Notes: generated by a model not told the origin, from the letters alone. Shown: positions 25,408 to 37,893, counted from the stretch's first letter. The stretch: 64,000 bases of DNA from Hypanus sabinus (GCF_030144855.1 NC_082717.1:106206001-106270000); one strand, 5' to 3'. Translations and numbers: made by a program.

Positions 25408-26514
25408 CTCTCTAGTGTGAACTGACTGGTGTGCCAGTAGATCAGATGACTTGAGTGAATCCCTTCACAGAGTCTGAGCAGGTGAATGGCCTCTCCCCAC
25501 TGTGTATCAATACTCCACTGGTATGTCTGTGTGTCAGCTGAGTGAATGAATCTCTTCCCAGACTGATATCAATACTCCAGAAATCAGACGTAGTGAATCC
25601 CTCGCACAATCAATGCAGTTGAAGAGCTTCTCTCTAATGAACAAATTCTGGTGAGTCCTCAGCCCCCGATTCCAGTGGATTTCACTGAGTTACAACAGAA
25701 AACTTCATTTTAGACACAAAGCACGTTTCCAGCTGGGATGAGATACATCTTCAAGGATCAACAACCAATGTAAGAAAGGAAATATCTGGTCAGAGTCAGC
25801 CAACACTGATGTGTTGTTGTGTTTGAGATTCCTGTACATAAATTTTTTGCCGTTTCTAACCTGTAAAAAGATTCACAAAATACATCAATGGGAGAAGGAC
25901 AGCATTTCAGATGAAATAATTTTAGTCTCTATGCTGAACTCTGTCATCACAGTGTTATTACAGTGAGGTTCAACACAAGTTGGAGGCACGGATCAGGAAT
26001 CTGGACTGACCAGCAAATTCTCTGACTGTTATTCAGTCTGTAGCAGAATGGGCCATTTCTGCCTGTCTTCATTCTGTGACTTGGCTCAGTTTGTCTTTCT
26101 CCAATAGTATTATTTCAAGTTCATATCCCACAGCGCCAGAAAGAGCACAAGATATTACATGAATGATCCCAGAGACTTTCTAATTACTCTGACTGCCGCC
26201 TTCACCCCCGGTGACTGACAGTGGTGAACTCATTGACAGCAATGCCAATGAATATGAAGGGGAGGCAGTAGCCTTTTCATTGAAGTGTTACAGTTCTGTG
26301 ATGTGAAATCTATATGTCACTTATTACCCAGGACTAAGCTGTTTGACATCATTTATGGACCAAGAAAGAATGGTACAAAACACCTTCTTAAGAGTTCAAT
26401 AGCCCAGAACAAGAGGGGGTAGAACAAAGGTCATTTTCTCAAGTACTAAAGCCTATGGAAGGAATTTGTTCCTAACTGGTTGACTGTAAGTTAATCTCGA
26501 ACGAAGATTCTAAC

Positions 26515-26982
26515 TTGAATAGCAGGCTGAGGGTAGCAGACACCAACAGAATCAACAAACTCATTTGTAAGGCCAGTGGTGTTGTGGGGGTGGAACTGGA
26601 CTCTCTGACGGTGGTGTCTGAAAAGAGGATGCTGTCCAAGTTGCATGCCATCTTGGACAATGACTCCCATCCACTCCATAATATACTGGTTGGGCACAGG
26701 AGTGCATTCAGCCAGAGACTCATTCCACTGAGATGTAACACTGAGCGTCATAAGAAGTCATTCCTGTCTGTGGCCATCAAACCTTACAACTCCTGCCTCG
26801 TGTCAGACACCATGAGCCAATAGGCTGGTCCTGGACTTATTTCCATTTGGCATGATTAACTTATTATTATTTAATTATTTATGGTTTTAGATTGCTATAT
26901 TTCTACACTATTCTTGGTTGGTGCGACTGTAACGAAACCAAATTTCCCTCAGGATCAATAAAGTATGTCTGTCTGTCTGTCT
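26515..26982 (+). mobile_element. Rex1/Babar-type LINE 3' end in the putative ZNF intron
   Basis: Encodes ILDNDSHPLH...RCNTERHKKSF; AATAAA followed by a (TGTC)n tail. Confidence 0.75.
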
Positions 26983-26989
26983 GCCTTTT

Positions 26990-27530
26990 GTGCCGTTCCT
27001 AATCCTCGGGTTTAGATACCCGGAGCTGGAGCTCGAAATGCTGAAAGATCTATCTGCTCGCATTCCCTCCGCATGTGCTTCCCAAACACACTTTAAGAAC
27101 ATGCGAGGAGGCGCCGGAAGTACGATGCATGGCTGCCTCTATACCCAGAAAGCCCCACTGACAAGAAACCCGTCACGGTCCCAACGATGCGCATGCGCCA
27201 CAGAAATGGCGCCAGCTCCTTTGCCCATCAGCAAAAGCTCTGCCCTGATTCAGGATACGGATCGTCAGGTTCAGAGTGATGGAAATCACCGGGACCAATC
27301 CCACTGTGTACCGGGAGCTGACTGCAATTGTTCCTCAGTCAGAGTGCGGACACCAGGGCGAATGAAATCTCCCACCCACAACCCCGCTCCTACCTGATGT
27401 CGATCCTCCAGAGTCTTTTGTCCACTGAGCGTCAGCGTGGTATTTCTGCGACCCTTACGCCTGCGCATTTCATCGCTGGGTCGCCGACGGCACTTTCTGA
27501 AGTGTGGAGACTGCTGGGTAAGCACAGTGC
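26990..27530. promoter_or_regulatory. CpG-rich promoter/first-exon region, probably of the ZNF gene
   Basis: NRF1-type palindrome TGCGCATGCGC at 27188-27198; YY1-like AAATGGCG at about 27204; minus-strand donor CAG|GTAGGA at 27394/27393. Confidence 0.55.
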
Positions 27531-27684
27531 CATTTAACTGTATTCATGTACCAGTCCTCGTAACACGCACGTTTCAATAATAGTCAATGTTTTTATGCAG
27601 AAAACTCAGCAAGCTCCCATAAACAATATACTCATAATCAACGAACATTCCGTGTGTCAAATGTCAACGTATAACCCACTTACA

Positions 27685-27870
27685 AACGCAGATGTTGGAA
27701 GTATAGAATAACACACAGAAAGTGCTGGAGGAACTCAGCAGGTCAGGCAGTATTTTAGCAGAGGAATAAACAGTCCAAGTATCATGAAGTGTTTTGTCGA
27801 CTGTTTATTCTTCTCCATATATGTCGTTTGACCCGCCAACTTCCAACAGCATTTTGCAAAAAGAAACAAC
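27685..27870. mobile_element. Palindromic remnant of Penelope terminal repeats
   Basis: Inverted arms (GCTGGAGGAACTCAGCAGGTCAGG...GAATAAACAGTC / GACTGTTTATTC...CAGCATTTTG); most of the hammerhead core is deleted. Confidence 0.6.
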
Positions 27871-28039
27871 GTTTTTCAGTCACTCGGTTTCCACATGTTG
27901 CTGATCTTTCATTTGTAGCCACATCCTCCAGGTCTGACTCCCTGCTCCCCCTCCTCCTCCTCCTCCCAGTAAATTCTAGCCGCCACTACTTTCAGGAGCC
28001 CGAAAGCTCTCAAAGATTTACCGAGCATTCTGCTGTTAC

Positions 28040-31000
28040 ACTTTAGAAGAGAGTGGTGTATTGAAGTAACCAAGCTGTGTGAGGCACAATGGGACTGCGT
28101 CCAAGCAGCGAGCGGGAACTCGAGAAGAAGCGTCGATTTCACTCAGATAACGCGGCTGAAAATTTTTTTAAAAAGCGGGGGCAAGTGGAGTGGCCATTGT
28201 CAGAATGGTTTTGGCTCATCAGGCTTGGGCGAAGTAAGTATCAGATAGAGCTTCTATTTCTTCTTATTATTCTTCATTCCTCGTTTAGTGCAGTGAAAAT
28301 GGCTTTGGGAGCCGTAAGTGTAATATGTGGGAAGTCTGGGAGACCAGCAGCCGCCCGGATAACCATATCTGCACCAGGTACACCGAGCTGCAGATCCTCA
28401 GTGCACGTGCTAAAGAACCGGAGCTGCAGCTCGATGACCTGCGGCTCCTGCTGAAGACCGAGGAAGTGATAGGCAGGAGTTACAGGCAGAAGGTCATCCA
28501 TAGGTTGCTGGTGACTGTCTGGAGAATGAAAAGAAATTGGCAGTCAGTGCCGAGTACCCCTGTGGCCGTTCCTCTCAAGAATATGTATCGCACTTTGAAT
28601 GCTGTTGTGTGGGACGATGTTTCACTGAAAAGCCATAGTGACCGGGTCTCTCGCACTGAGGCTGGTACCGTGGCTCAGAAGGGAAGCGAGGTGACAGGAG
28701 ATTCCTTCGTTAAATAAAAAGAGATAACATTCTGGGGACGCAATAGAGATATCCAGATGATATGTTGCCTGCAAGGTGACAGGGTTCGGGATGTATCTGG
28801 TGGAGTCAACAGCATTCCAAAGGGGAAGAGTGAGCAGCAAGAGGTCATCGTCACCAATGACATAGGCAGGAAAGGTAAAGAGGTCCTGAAGAAAGATTTT
28901 AGGGAGCTAGATGGAAAGATTCTCTGAATTAGTATTCCCTGAATTGCTGACTGTAAGCAATTAGATTAGGATGATTTGGCAGATGAATGCAGGACTGAGA
29001 AACTGGTGCAGGGGACAGATGTTCAGATCTCTAAATCACTGGAAATCTTCTGGGGAAGATATGACCTGCAGAAAAGGGATGGGTTACACCTGAACCTGAG
29101 GGGGACCAATATCCTTGAGGGCAGGTTGGCTAGGGCTGGTCAGGGGTGGTGGGTGGTTTAAACTAGTTTGGCATGGGGGTGGGAACTGGAGTGATAAGGC
29201 TGAGGATGGGTTAGTTGGTTCACAATCAGAGGCTGTGTATAGTGAGACTGCTAGCAAGGAGAGGCTGATGCGAGGGTAAAATGGGATGAGTTGCAATGTA
29301 GAAGGGTGACAAAATCAAAAAGGGTGATGAATACAGGACTGAAGGTGTTACATTTGAATGCACGCAGTATATAGAATAAGGCGTTTGAACTTGTAGCACC
29401 GTTAGAGATTGGCATGTATGATGTTGTTCGCATCACTGAGTCGTGGCTGAAAGAAGATCATAGCTGGGAGCTTTATGTTTTCATTTACACATTGTATCAA
29501 AAGAACTGACAGATTGACAGAGGAAGTGGTGTGACTCTTTTGGTAAAAAATGAAATCGAATCCTTAGAAAGAGGTGACATAGGATCAGAAGGTGTAGCAT
29601 CATTGTGTGTAGAGCTTAGAAACTGCAAGGATAAAAAGACAAACAAAAGAAAATCTGCAGATGCTGGCAATCCAGTGCAACACACACAAAATGCTGGAGG
29701 AACTCAGCAGGCCAGGCTGCATCTATGGAAAAGAGTACTGGGCTCAGTCTCTTCAGCAGGTCTGGAGAATGAAGATGAAGAGTAGAGTTAAAAGGTGGGG
29801 GGATGGGAGGGAGAGACAGACCCCACCCCCATCTTTTAGTTCTGCTCCTCATCTTGTTTTTCTCCAGTCCTGCTGAAGGGTCTTGGCCTGAAAAGTCGAC
29901 AATTTATTATTTTCCATAGATGCTGCCTGGCTTGCTGAGTTCTTTTGCACTTTGTGTGTGTTGCTTGGATTTCCAGCATCTGCAGATTTTCTCTTGTTCA
30001 AGGTATTCAAATATAAGTTTGGTGGGGCAGGAACAAGCAGAAACAATGGGTCCACCTGGACAAGTAGGTTTATGGATCTTGGGTAGGAGGTAGAAACAGG
30101 AGGTGCTTGGTGAGGGAACTATGAGGTCGGTGGCAGTGGATAGGAGATCCCCAGAGTTGATAAGGTTGGTGATGGTGTGGGACACAATGGCTTGGTGCTC
30201 CTTAATGGAGGGGAGGAGTGTTACAATCGAGACAGTTGATATCTTATTGGTAGTTAGCAATAAAAAAATCCTGAGCAGGTAGAAAAGCAGAGCAGGATAT
30301 CAGGGAAGAGGAGGAGGGCTGAAGATGGGAGAAGGGGTCATCAGTGCATGCCAGAGAGTCCTTGCCAAAGATGTAGACACGGAGACTTAGTGAAAATCAG
30401 GGTCAGGGAACTTGAAGTAATTGAAACAATCAAGAGTGCGTGAAGTGTCATGGATCTTTATTCCACCCACTTCCCCTCACCTCGTTTCACCTATTACATA
30501 CCACCATGTACTTCATCCTCCTCTCCCTCCACCTTCTTTCTCCGATTTCTCATCTTTCTTTCCAGTGCTGATCAGGGGTAAAAAGACCCTGATGGGAGTT
30601 ATATACTGATCTCTGAACAGTAGCAAAGATGTGGTGTACAATATGCTGGTAGATTGGGAAAATCAAGTTGGTGCTGGGTTCCAAAAAGGAGATTTTGTAG
30701 AATGCCTATGAGATAAATTTTTAGAGTAGCTTGCGGTAAAGCCCACTAGGGGATCAGCTGTTTTTGATTGGGAGCTGTGCAATGAACTGGAATTGATCAG
30801 AGAGTTTAAGGTAAAGGAACCCCAAGGAGCTAGTAATCAAAGTTTGAGAAGGAGAAGCTAAAGTCAGGTGTATCAGTAGTACAGTGGATTGAAGGGTACT
30901 ACAGAGGCATGAGAGAGGAGCTGACCAAGGTAGGAAGGGAAAACTAGTAGGCATTATGACAGCTGAGTAGGAATGACTGGAGTTTCTTGGAGGAATTCAA

Positions 31001-31970
31001 AAGGAGCAGGATATATATATGCCAAATAAGAAGAATTATTTTAAAGGCAGGATGATCCAACCACAGTTGACAAGAGTAGTAGTCAAACCAAGAGGAGGGT
31101 GTCTAATAGAGGAAAAATTAGTGAGTAGTTAGAGGATAATGAAGTTTTTAAAAACCAACATAAGGCAACTAAAAAGCCATAAATAAGAAAAAGATGGAAT
31201 AGTAAAGTAGGCTAGCCAATAATATTCAAGAGGATACCAAAAGTTTCTTCCGATAAATGAAGTGTAAAAAAGAGGCGAGAGTGGATATCGAACTGCTGTC
31301 AAACCATGCTGAAAACAGCAAAAGAAATGAATAAGTAAGTTGCATCATTCTTCATTGTGGAAGACACGAGCAGTATGCTGGGAGTTCAAGAATGGCAGGA
31401 GTCAGAAGTGAGTGAAGTTGCCATTATTAGGAAGAATGTTCTTGGGAAACTGAATGGATCTGAGGTAGGTCTCCACCCGAGGATTCTGAAAGAGATTCCT
31501 GAAGAGATTGCGCAGGCATTAATGATGACCTTGGAAGAATGAATGGATTCTGGCATGATTCTAGAGGTTTGGAAATTGCAAACATCACTCCACTCTTCAA
31601 GAATGGGGGAAGGTAGAACAAAGTAAATTATAGGACAGTTAGTCTAAACTCAGTGATAAGAAGCTGTTGGAGTTGATTGTTAAAAATGTGATCTTGGGGT
31701 ACTTGAAGGTACTTGATAAAATAGGCTGTAGTCAGCATGGTTTCTTTAAGGGGAAAACTTGCCTGATAAAGTTGTTGACTTCTGTAGAAATAAGAGGCAA
31801 GATAGACAAAGGAGAATCAGTGGATGTTGTGTACTTGGATTTTCAGAAGGCCTTTGGCAAGGTGCCACACATGAGGGTGCTTAACAAGTTAAGAGCCCAT
31901 GGTATTACAGAAAGGATACTAGCATGGACAGAGTATTGACTGACTGACAGGAGGTAAAGGGTGGGATTAA
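28040..31970 (+). mobile_element. Long degraded CR1 (ORF1 esterase-like, ORF2 endonuclease and RT N-half)
   Basis: ORF1 motifs GDSFV and DGLHLNLRGTNIL; endonuclease motif LNARSI...ITESW; RT motifs SQHGF...YLDFQKAF. Confidence 0.8.
29641..30573. mobile_element. Composite Penelope insertion (palindromic terminal repeats plus RT fragment) inside the CR1
   Basis: Inverted arms of about 95 bp at 29643-29735 and 29905-29998; FYLLPKIHKP RT remnant; TSD-like TAAAAAGAC at 29632-29640 and 30579-30587. Confidence 0.8.
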
Positions 31971-32859
31971 AGCTCCACTGGAATATCCTCTCTAAGTACC
32001 ATCGTGATGTTCTCCCCAAACAAAAATGCAACTCCCCCTCCTCTCTTAACTCCTTCTCCATCCTGCCTGTGGCTCTGTACCCTGGAACATTGAGCTGCCA
32101 GTCCTGCCACTTCCTTAAACGTGTTCTGTAATGAATATCTCGGTCTCATTTACAAATCCATGCCCTGAGTTCATCTTCCTGACTTGTCAAGCTTCCTATA
32201 TTAAAACTATTGCACTTCACTCTATCAGACCTTCCTCACTCCTTGCCTTTCCCCTGTCTGTCTTATCCACTCATCTTATTCACTTTAAAATTGCTATTGG
32301 TTTCAATTTCCCCCATCTGCCATCCTGACATCTCCCTTCCACAGACTGTCTCTAACTTTCAGCCCATTTCCCCTTGTTCTTGACTCTCCCACCAGGAGAT
32401 GTTGTTTCTTTGTTCTTATCTGATCAATTCCATGAATCCCAGTCCAGTACCAGTGTTGTGTTATTCTCTGTCATTGAAGTGCCGGTTTGTACTGGTGTTT
32501 AACAGTGGAGTAGAGTGTGGGGTATGTACAGGTCTGTGTGCTCACTGCATAGTGTGGAGAGTTTTATATTTCTGTGTCCTGGTCGTGAAGGACTTGGTGC
32601 TGTAAAGCCCTTAGAGTTCCCTGATGAATGTTTCCGTACAGTGTGGTCTGGTGTGTTTCCATTGATTCCGTTCAGTTCACTATAGGGGTGTACAGGTCAT
32701 ATAGTACAGAGTCAGTTACCTGTCTCTGTGTAAAAACCAACATACCTGTGTGGCTAAAATAAAGCCAGAAAATGTTGAAAATACTCAGCCGATGCAGACT
32801 GAGCTGTGAGTGTTTCCAGCACTTTGTGTTTTCATTTCAGTTCATCTTTTGTAAAAATC

Positions 32860-33782
32860 TTTGTCCGTGTTGTATGGTGCTGCCTTTTGTAACGCCCTGT
32901 ATCCTTACTATGCGGTACCAGCTCTGTGACTTTCTGTATCCTTACTGTACGGTACAAGCTGTTGTGAAGTTCAGTGCCCTTACAGTACGGTGCAGGCCAT
33001 TGTAATGTTGTGTCCTTACTGCGCAGTACTGAATGTTGTAATGGACTGTGCCTTTACTGAACAGTACCAGTTGTTAGAACATAGAAAATCTACAGCACAT
33101 TATAGGTCCTTTGGCCCACAGTGTTGTGGTGACCATACTCTAGAAGCTGCCTAGAATTTCCCTACCACATAGCCTTCTATTTTTCTAAGCTCCATATGCC
33201 TATCTAAGAGTCTCTTAAAAGACCCTATTGTATCCACACTTACCACTGTGGCTGGCAGTGCATTCCACTCACCCACCACTCTCTGTGTGAAAAACCTACG
33301 TCTGACATCCCCCTTGTACCTACTTCTAAGCACCTTAAATCTATGCTTCTTTGTGTTAGCCTTTCAGCCCTACGAAAAAACCTCTGGTTATCCACATGAT
33401 CAATGCCTCTCATCATCAGGTCACCTCTCATCCTCCGTCGCTCCAAGGAGAAAAGGCCGAGTTCACTATTCTCATAAGGCATGCTCCCCAATCCAGGCAA
33501 CATCCTTATTGTTGTAACAGCTTGTGTCCTTACTGTACAATACTGGCTTTTGGAAACATCTGTGCCCCTTCAGAATATTACCGGCTGTTGTAACGGTCTG
33601 TACCATTACTGTTACAGTACTAGCTGTTGTAACGGTCTGTGCCCTTTCAGAACGGTAACAGTTTGTGTCATCACTGTAACAGTCTGTACCCATACTAAAC
33701 GGTATCGGCTGTTGTAATGGTGTGTGTCCGTACAGTACGGTACCAGCTATTGTAACAGTCTATGCACTGGTGCTGGCTGTTA
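32860..33782 (+). repeat. Degenerate minisatellite with a unit of about 32 bp, split by a CR1 3' fragment
   Basis: Recurrent TGTCCTTACTGTACGGTACCAGCTGTTGTAACGGTC-like units at 32860-33075 and 33510-33782. Confidence 0.75.
33077..33508 (-). mobile_element. CR1 3' fragment
   Basis: Encodes FFTQRVVGEWNALPATVVSVDTIGSFKRLLDRHM; same subfamily as 657-1530. Confidence 0.85.
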
Positions 33783-34199
33783 CATAGAATATAGTACAGT
33801 AGAGCAAGGGAACAGGCCTATCAGCCCCCTATGTGGTGCCAACCCATTAAATGAGTAGTAATTTTGATAACTAAATGAATCTCTTCTCCCTACACAATGT
33901 GCATATCCTACCATTTTCCACATTCATGTGGTTATCTAAACATCTCTTAAAATTCACTACCCTAGGCAGTGCATTTCGGGCTCCCACCACTCTCTGTGTA
34001 ATACAGTTCCCCTCGTTTCTCCTTTGCACTTACCCCCTCTCACCTCCAACGCACACCCTCTGGTATTAGACATTTCAATCCTTTAAAAAAGATATTTCCT
34101 GTCTACTCTGTATACTTCTTCCACAATCTTACAAACATCTCTCAGATCTCCTCTCATCCTTTGATACCCCAGCCTCTCATTATAGCCCATGCACTCTAA

Positions 34200-36478
34200 C
34201 CCAGACAGTTAATTGGGAGAAGTTTGGCAATTCCACATCTGGTAAGTAGTTTGAAGGACAACTGCACAGAGTACAGAGCAGGTATTTTCCAGTCGGAAGG
34301 AAGGACAAAGATGGCAAGGTAAGGGAGGCATTTTGTCCAGAAGGAGATGGAGAAGTCAGAATCAAGCAGACCCCTTGAGGATGAGAAGGAATTCAGAAAA
34401 ACATTCCAAGAAAGGAATTAGGAAAGCCAGGGGCATGAAGAATCCTTTCTGCAGTAAGATTAAAGAGTAGCCCAAGGCATTCTGTACATACACCAGGAGC
34501 AATATGATAACTAGGGAGAGAGTAGAACAGAACGTAGAAAGCCTACAGCAAAATACAGGCACTTCGGCCCACAAAGCTGTGCCAAGCATGTCCCTACCTT
34601 AGAACTACCTAGACTTATCCACAGCCCTCCATTTTTCTTAGCTCCGAGTACCTGTCCAGGAGACTCTTAAAAGACCCTATCGTTTCCGCCTCTACCACCG
34701 CCACCGGCAGCCCATTCCACGCACTCACCACTCTCGTGAAAACTTACCCCTGACATCTCCTCTGTACCTACTTCCAAGCACCTTAAAACTGTGCCCTCTC
34801 GTGATAGCCATTTCAGCCCTGGGAAAAAGCCTCTGGCTATCCACATGATCAATGCCTCTCATTATCTTGTACACCTCTATCAAGTCACCTCTCATCCTCC
34901 ATCGCTCCAAGGAGAAAAGGCTGAGTTCACTCAACCTATATAAGGCATGCTCCCCAGTCCAGGCAACATCCTTGTAAATCTCCTCTGCACCCTTTCTATG
35001 GTTTCCACGTCCTTCCTGTAGTGAGGTGACCAGAACTGAGCACAGTACTCCAAGTTGTGTCTGACCAGGGTCCTATACAGCTGCAACATTACCTCTTGGC
35101 TATTAAACTCAATCCCACGGTGGATGAAGGCCAATACACCATATGCCTTCTTAACAACAGAGTCAACCTGCACAGCTGCTTTGAGCATCCTATGGACTCG
35201 GACCCCAAGATCCCTCTGATCCTCCACACTGACAAGAGTCTGACCATTAACACTATATTCTGCCATCATATTTGACCTACCAAAATGAACCACCCCACTC
35301 TTATCTGGGTTGAACTCCATCTGCCACTTCACAGCCCAGTTTTGCATCCTATCAATATCCCGCTGTAACCTCTGACAGCCCTCCACACTATCCACAACAC
35401 CACCAACTTTTGTGTCTTTGCCCGTCTTCTACACTATCCACAACACAACCAATCCTTTATCCTTGAGTAGGACCATTCAAGGATAAAGGGGAAATGCTTG
35501 CTTGGATGTGAAGGATGTGGTTGAAGCCACTAACGAGTACTCTATCAGTATTTACCTAAGGAGGGTGTGGAGGATAGGGAGATCAATGCCGAGTGTATTG
35601 ATATGCCAGGGTATTTCATGGTAAAGTCGAAGGTAGTGTTGAGTCTCTAAGAAAATTAAAGTGGATAAGTCCGCGGGACCTGATGGGAAATATTCTCTCA
35701 ATAACCCCAGGTTATTGAGAGAAACAAGCCAAGAAATTACTAAGGGCCTTGACCAATATATCCATGTCCTCTTCCAGCCATAGGTGAATTCCTGAAGGAC
35801 TGGCAAGTGGTTAATATTATTCCATTATTCAAGAAGGGAATCAGGAATAATCCTGGAAACTGTAGACCAGCGAGTCTCATGTCAGTGGTAGGAAAGACAC
35901 TGGAGAGAATTTTTAGGAACAGGATTGATGAGCACTTGGAAAATCATGGCCTAATTATGGAGAGACAGCATGGCTTTATGTGGGCAAGTAGCACCTTACT
36001 TACTGGGACCTCTGCTGTTTGTGTTGTATATAAGTGACATGGATGAAAAGGTAAATGGGTTTGTAGATGATGCAAAGATTGGTTGTGTTGTGGATAATGT
36101 AGAAGACAGGCAAAGAACACAGTGGGCTATAGATCAGTAGCAGGTAATGGCAGAAAAATAGCAGATGGATTTTAACCTAGCCAAATGTGAAATGTTAACC
36201 TTGGTAGGTCAAATGTAAAGAGATAGTTAAAGGCAAGATCCTCAATAATGTTGATGAGCAGAGGGATCTTGGGCACCAAGTTCATAGCTCCATGAACGTG
36301 GCTACTCAGGTTGATAGGGTGATTAAGAAAGCCTATGGCAGGCTTACCTTTATTGGTTGAGACACTGAGTTCAAAAGTCATGAAGTTATATTGCAGTTTA
36401 TAAAACTCTAGTTGGATCACATCTGGAGTATTGCTTACAGTTTTGGTCACACCATTATAGATGTTGAAGCTCTGGAGA
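34200..36478 (+). mobile_element. Degraded CR1 RT region (host of the opposite-strand CR1 insertion)
   Basis: KSAGPDG, PLFKKG.RNNPGN.RP.SL.SVVGK and QHGF motifs. Confidence 0.75.
34526..35464 (-). mobile_element. 5'-truncated CR1 nested in a CR1
   Basis: ORF 34931-35395 is the RT C-terminus; possible TSD GAGTAG at about 34520-34525 and 35465-35470. Confidence 0.85.
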
Positions 36479-36765
36479 CACCAGCATCTCCTCCAAGGCC
36501 ATGAGCATCATGAACACATCTGTGAACGATATTTCGTTCGAAGCAGGTGAGGCTTCCTGCTCGGCCATTATAAGAAATGATTGACCATCAGCTCCCGGGA
36601 GATCCAGACTGCCATGTGCCTGCTGCTGCTTGGGGAGCCGTCAAATCACGCCATGTCGCAAGTGACAAATGCATTGACCAAATACACCAGCTCCACAGGT
36701 GCTGACAAAACAAACTACAAACCCAATGGCTCAGTTAAGCACTACACAGTTTCCATGGAAGAGTC
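36477..36765 (+). pseudogene. H2B: Histone H2B pseudogene (3' two-thirds, with degenerate stem-loop and HDE)
   Basis: Encodes DTSISSKAMSIMNTSVNDI...[37 protein letters not shown] with frameshifts and a stop; ACCCAATGGCTCAGTTAAGCACTAC resembles a decayed stem-loop; GGAAGAG follows. Confidence 0.88.
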
Positions 36766-37754
36766 ACGGAAAATATTTTAAGAGTCATGTCTTAGTTGCA
36801 GAAAAGTATTGTCAAAATATTAAGTATTTAATATTTCTCTTTCTGGAGGCAATATTCATCAGGGTGATGTTGATGACAATTAGTCACCCCCTGCCTGGTG
36901 AAGTTACTCTGTTCCTGCACACTGAACTAACACGGAGCTTCCCCTTCTCCTGCCCTGTTAGTTTGCCTCCATCTTCAAACACTTGTCCCACTGAACTCTC
37001 CATTAAAGGCGGACGAAGTTGCATGGGATTTTTGTATGCTCTCTGTTGTTCAGGTTATAGCTCTGTTTGGTCGTTTCCAGCATAAATTAACTGTCATATT
37101 GCAGTTCTCTGCTTCCACCAGTTTATGTTCCATGATGTGATGTGTTTTCACAAAGAAGGTTACATTCCCAGAGGCAGTTACGGAAGAATTAATTCACATT
37201 CTCTGTGGACAGTAACTAGGATTACGTGAGTGGTCATGCAGGGAGTCCACGTTCACAGAGAGATTTCCCATTGCTTTCTTTTGGTCTGTGTCAAATTTTA
37301 TTCCTCTTTTGGTGGGGCCCGGGCCCAAGAATGTATAAGTACAGCAAACCCCGGGTCCGAGAGCCAGGAATGAGCTGATATTTCAACAATTTAAGCACCA
37401 AGCCATATTGTAAGCATCGGTCAGTCAGGGCTGGGGTGAGGGAGGTGTTCAGCTTGCTGCTCGGTGGGGTTTATTCGTCCCCGTGCTGAACTAAGGCTGC
37501 AACCTGTAACTAACAGGCTCCAGGACGGGCTTCGTGGCTGTCAACTTTAATTCTGAATATTATTTGTTTACTTTTTATAGTTTGAATAATTTGTTCTTTT
37601 TTTCCACGTTGGGTGTTTGAGTCTTTTTTAATGAGTTCTATTGGGTTTCTTTGTTTTGTAACTGAGATGAAAATCGAAGCTCTATATAGTTTGATAATAA
37701 ATATACTTTGATGTTTGTTCAAAGTTCATATCCTGTCGGGGACTGACAGTTATT

Positions 37755-37893
37755 TTTCGCGCTTCTCTTGCTGCGGTCTGATCATTGGAGAATCGGACAT
37801 CTCTCTGATTGGGTTATTCCACATCACCAATCCGAGAAAGCATTGCACCACCAATCGTAAGTGTCTTTCAGCAATTCTCCAAAAGCTATAAAA
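37755..37893 (+). promoter_or_regulatory. H2A copy 2 promoter
   Basis: TTTCGCGC at 37755-37762; ATTGG at about 37784 and 37808; CCAAT at about 37827 and 37851; TATAAAA at 37887-37893. Confidence 0.75.

Noticed and set aside
32860-33782. 32-bp repeats as a CRISPR array
   Set aside because: Head-to-tail degenerate units with no unique spacers.
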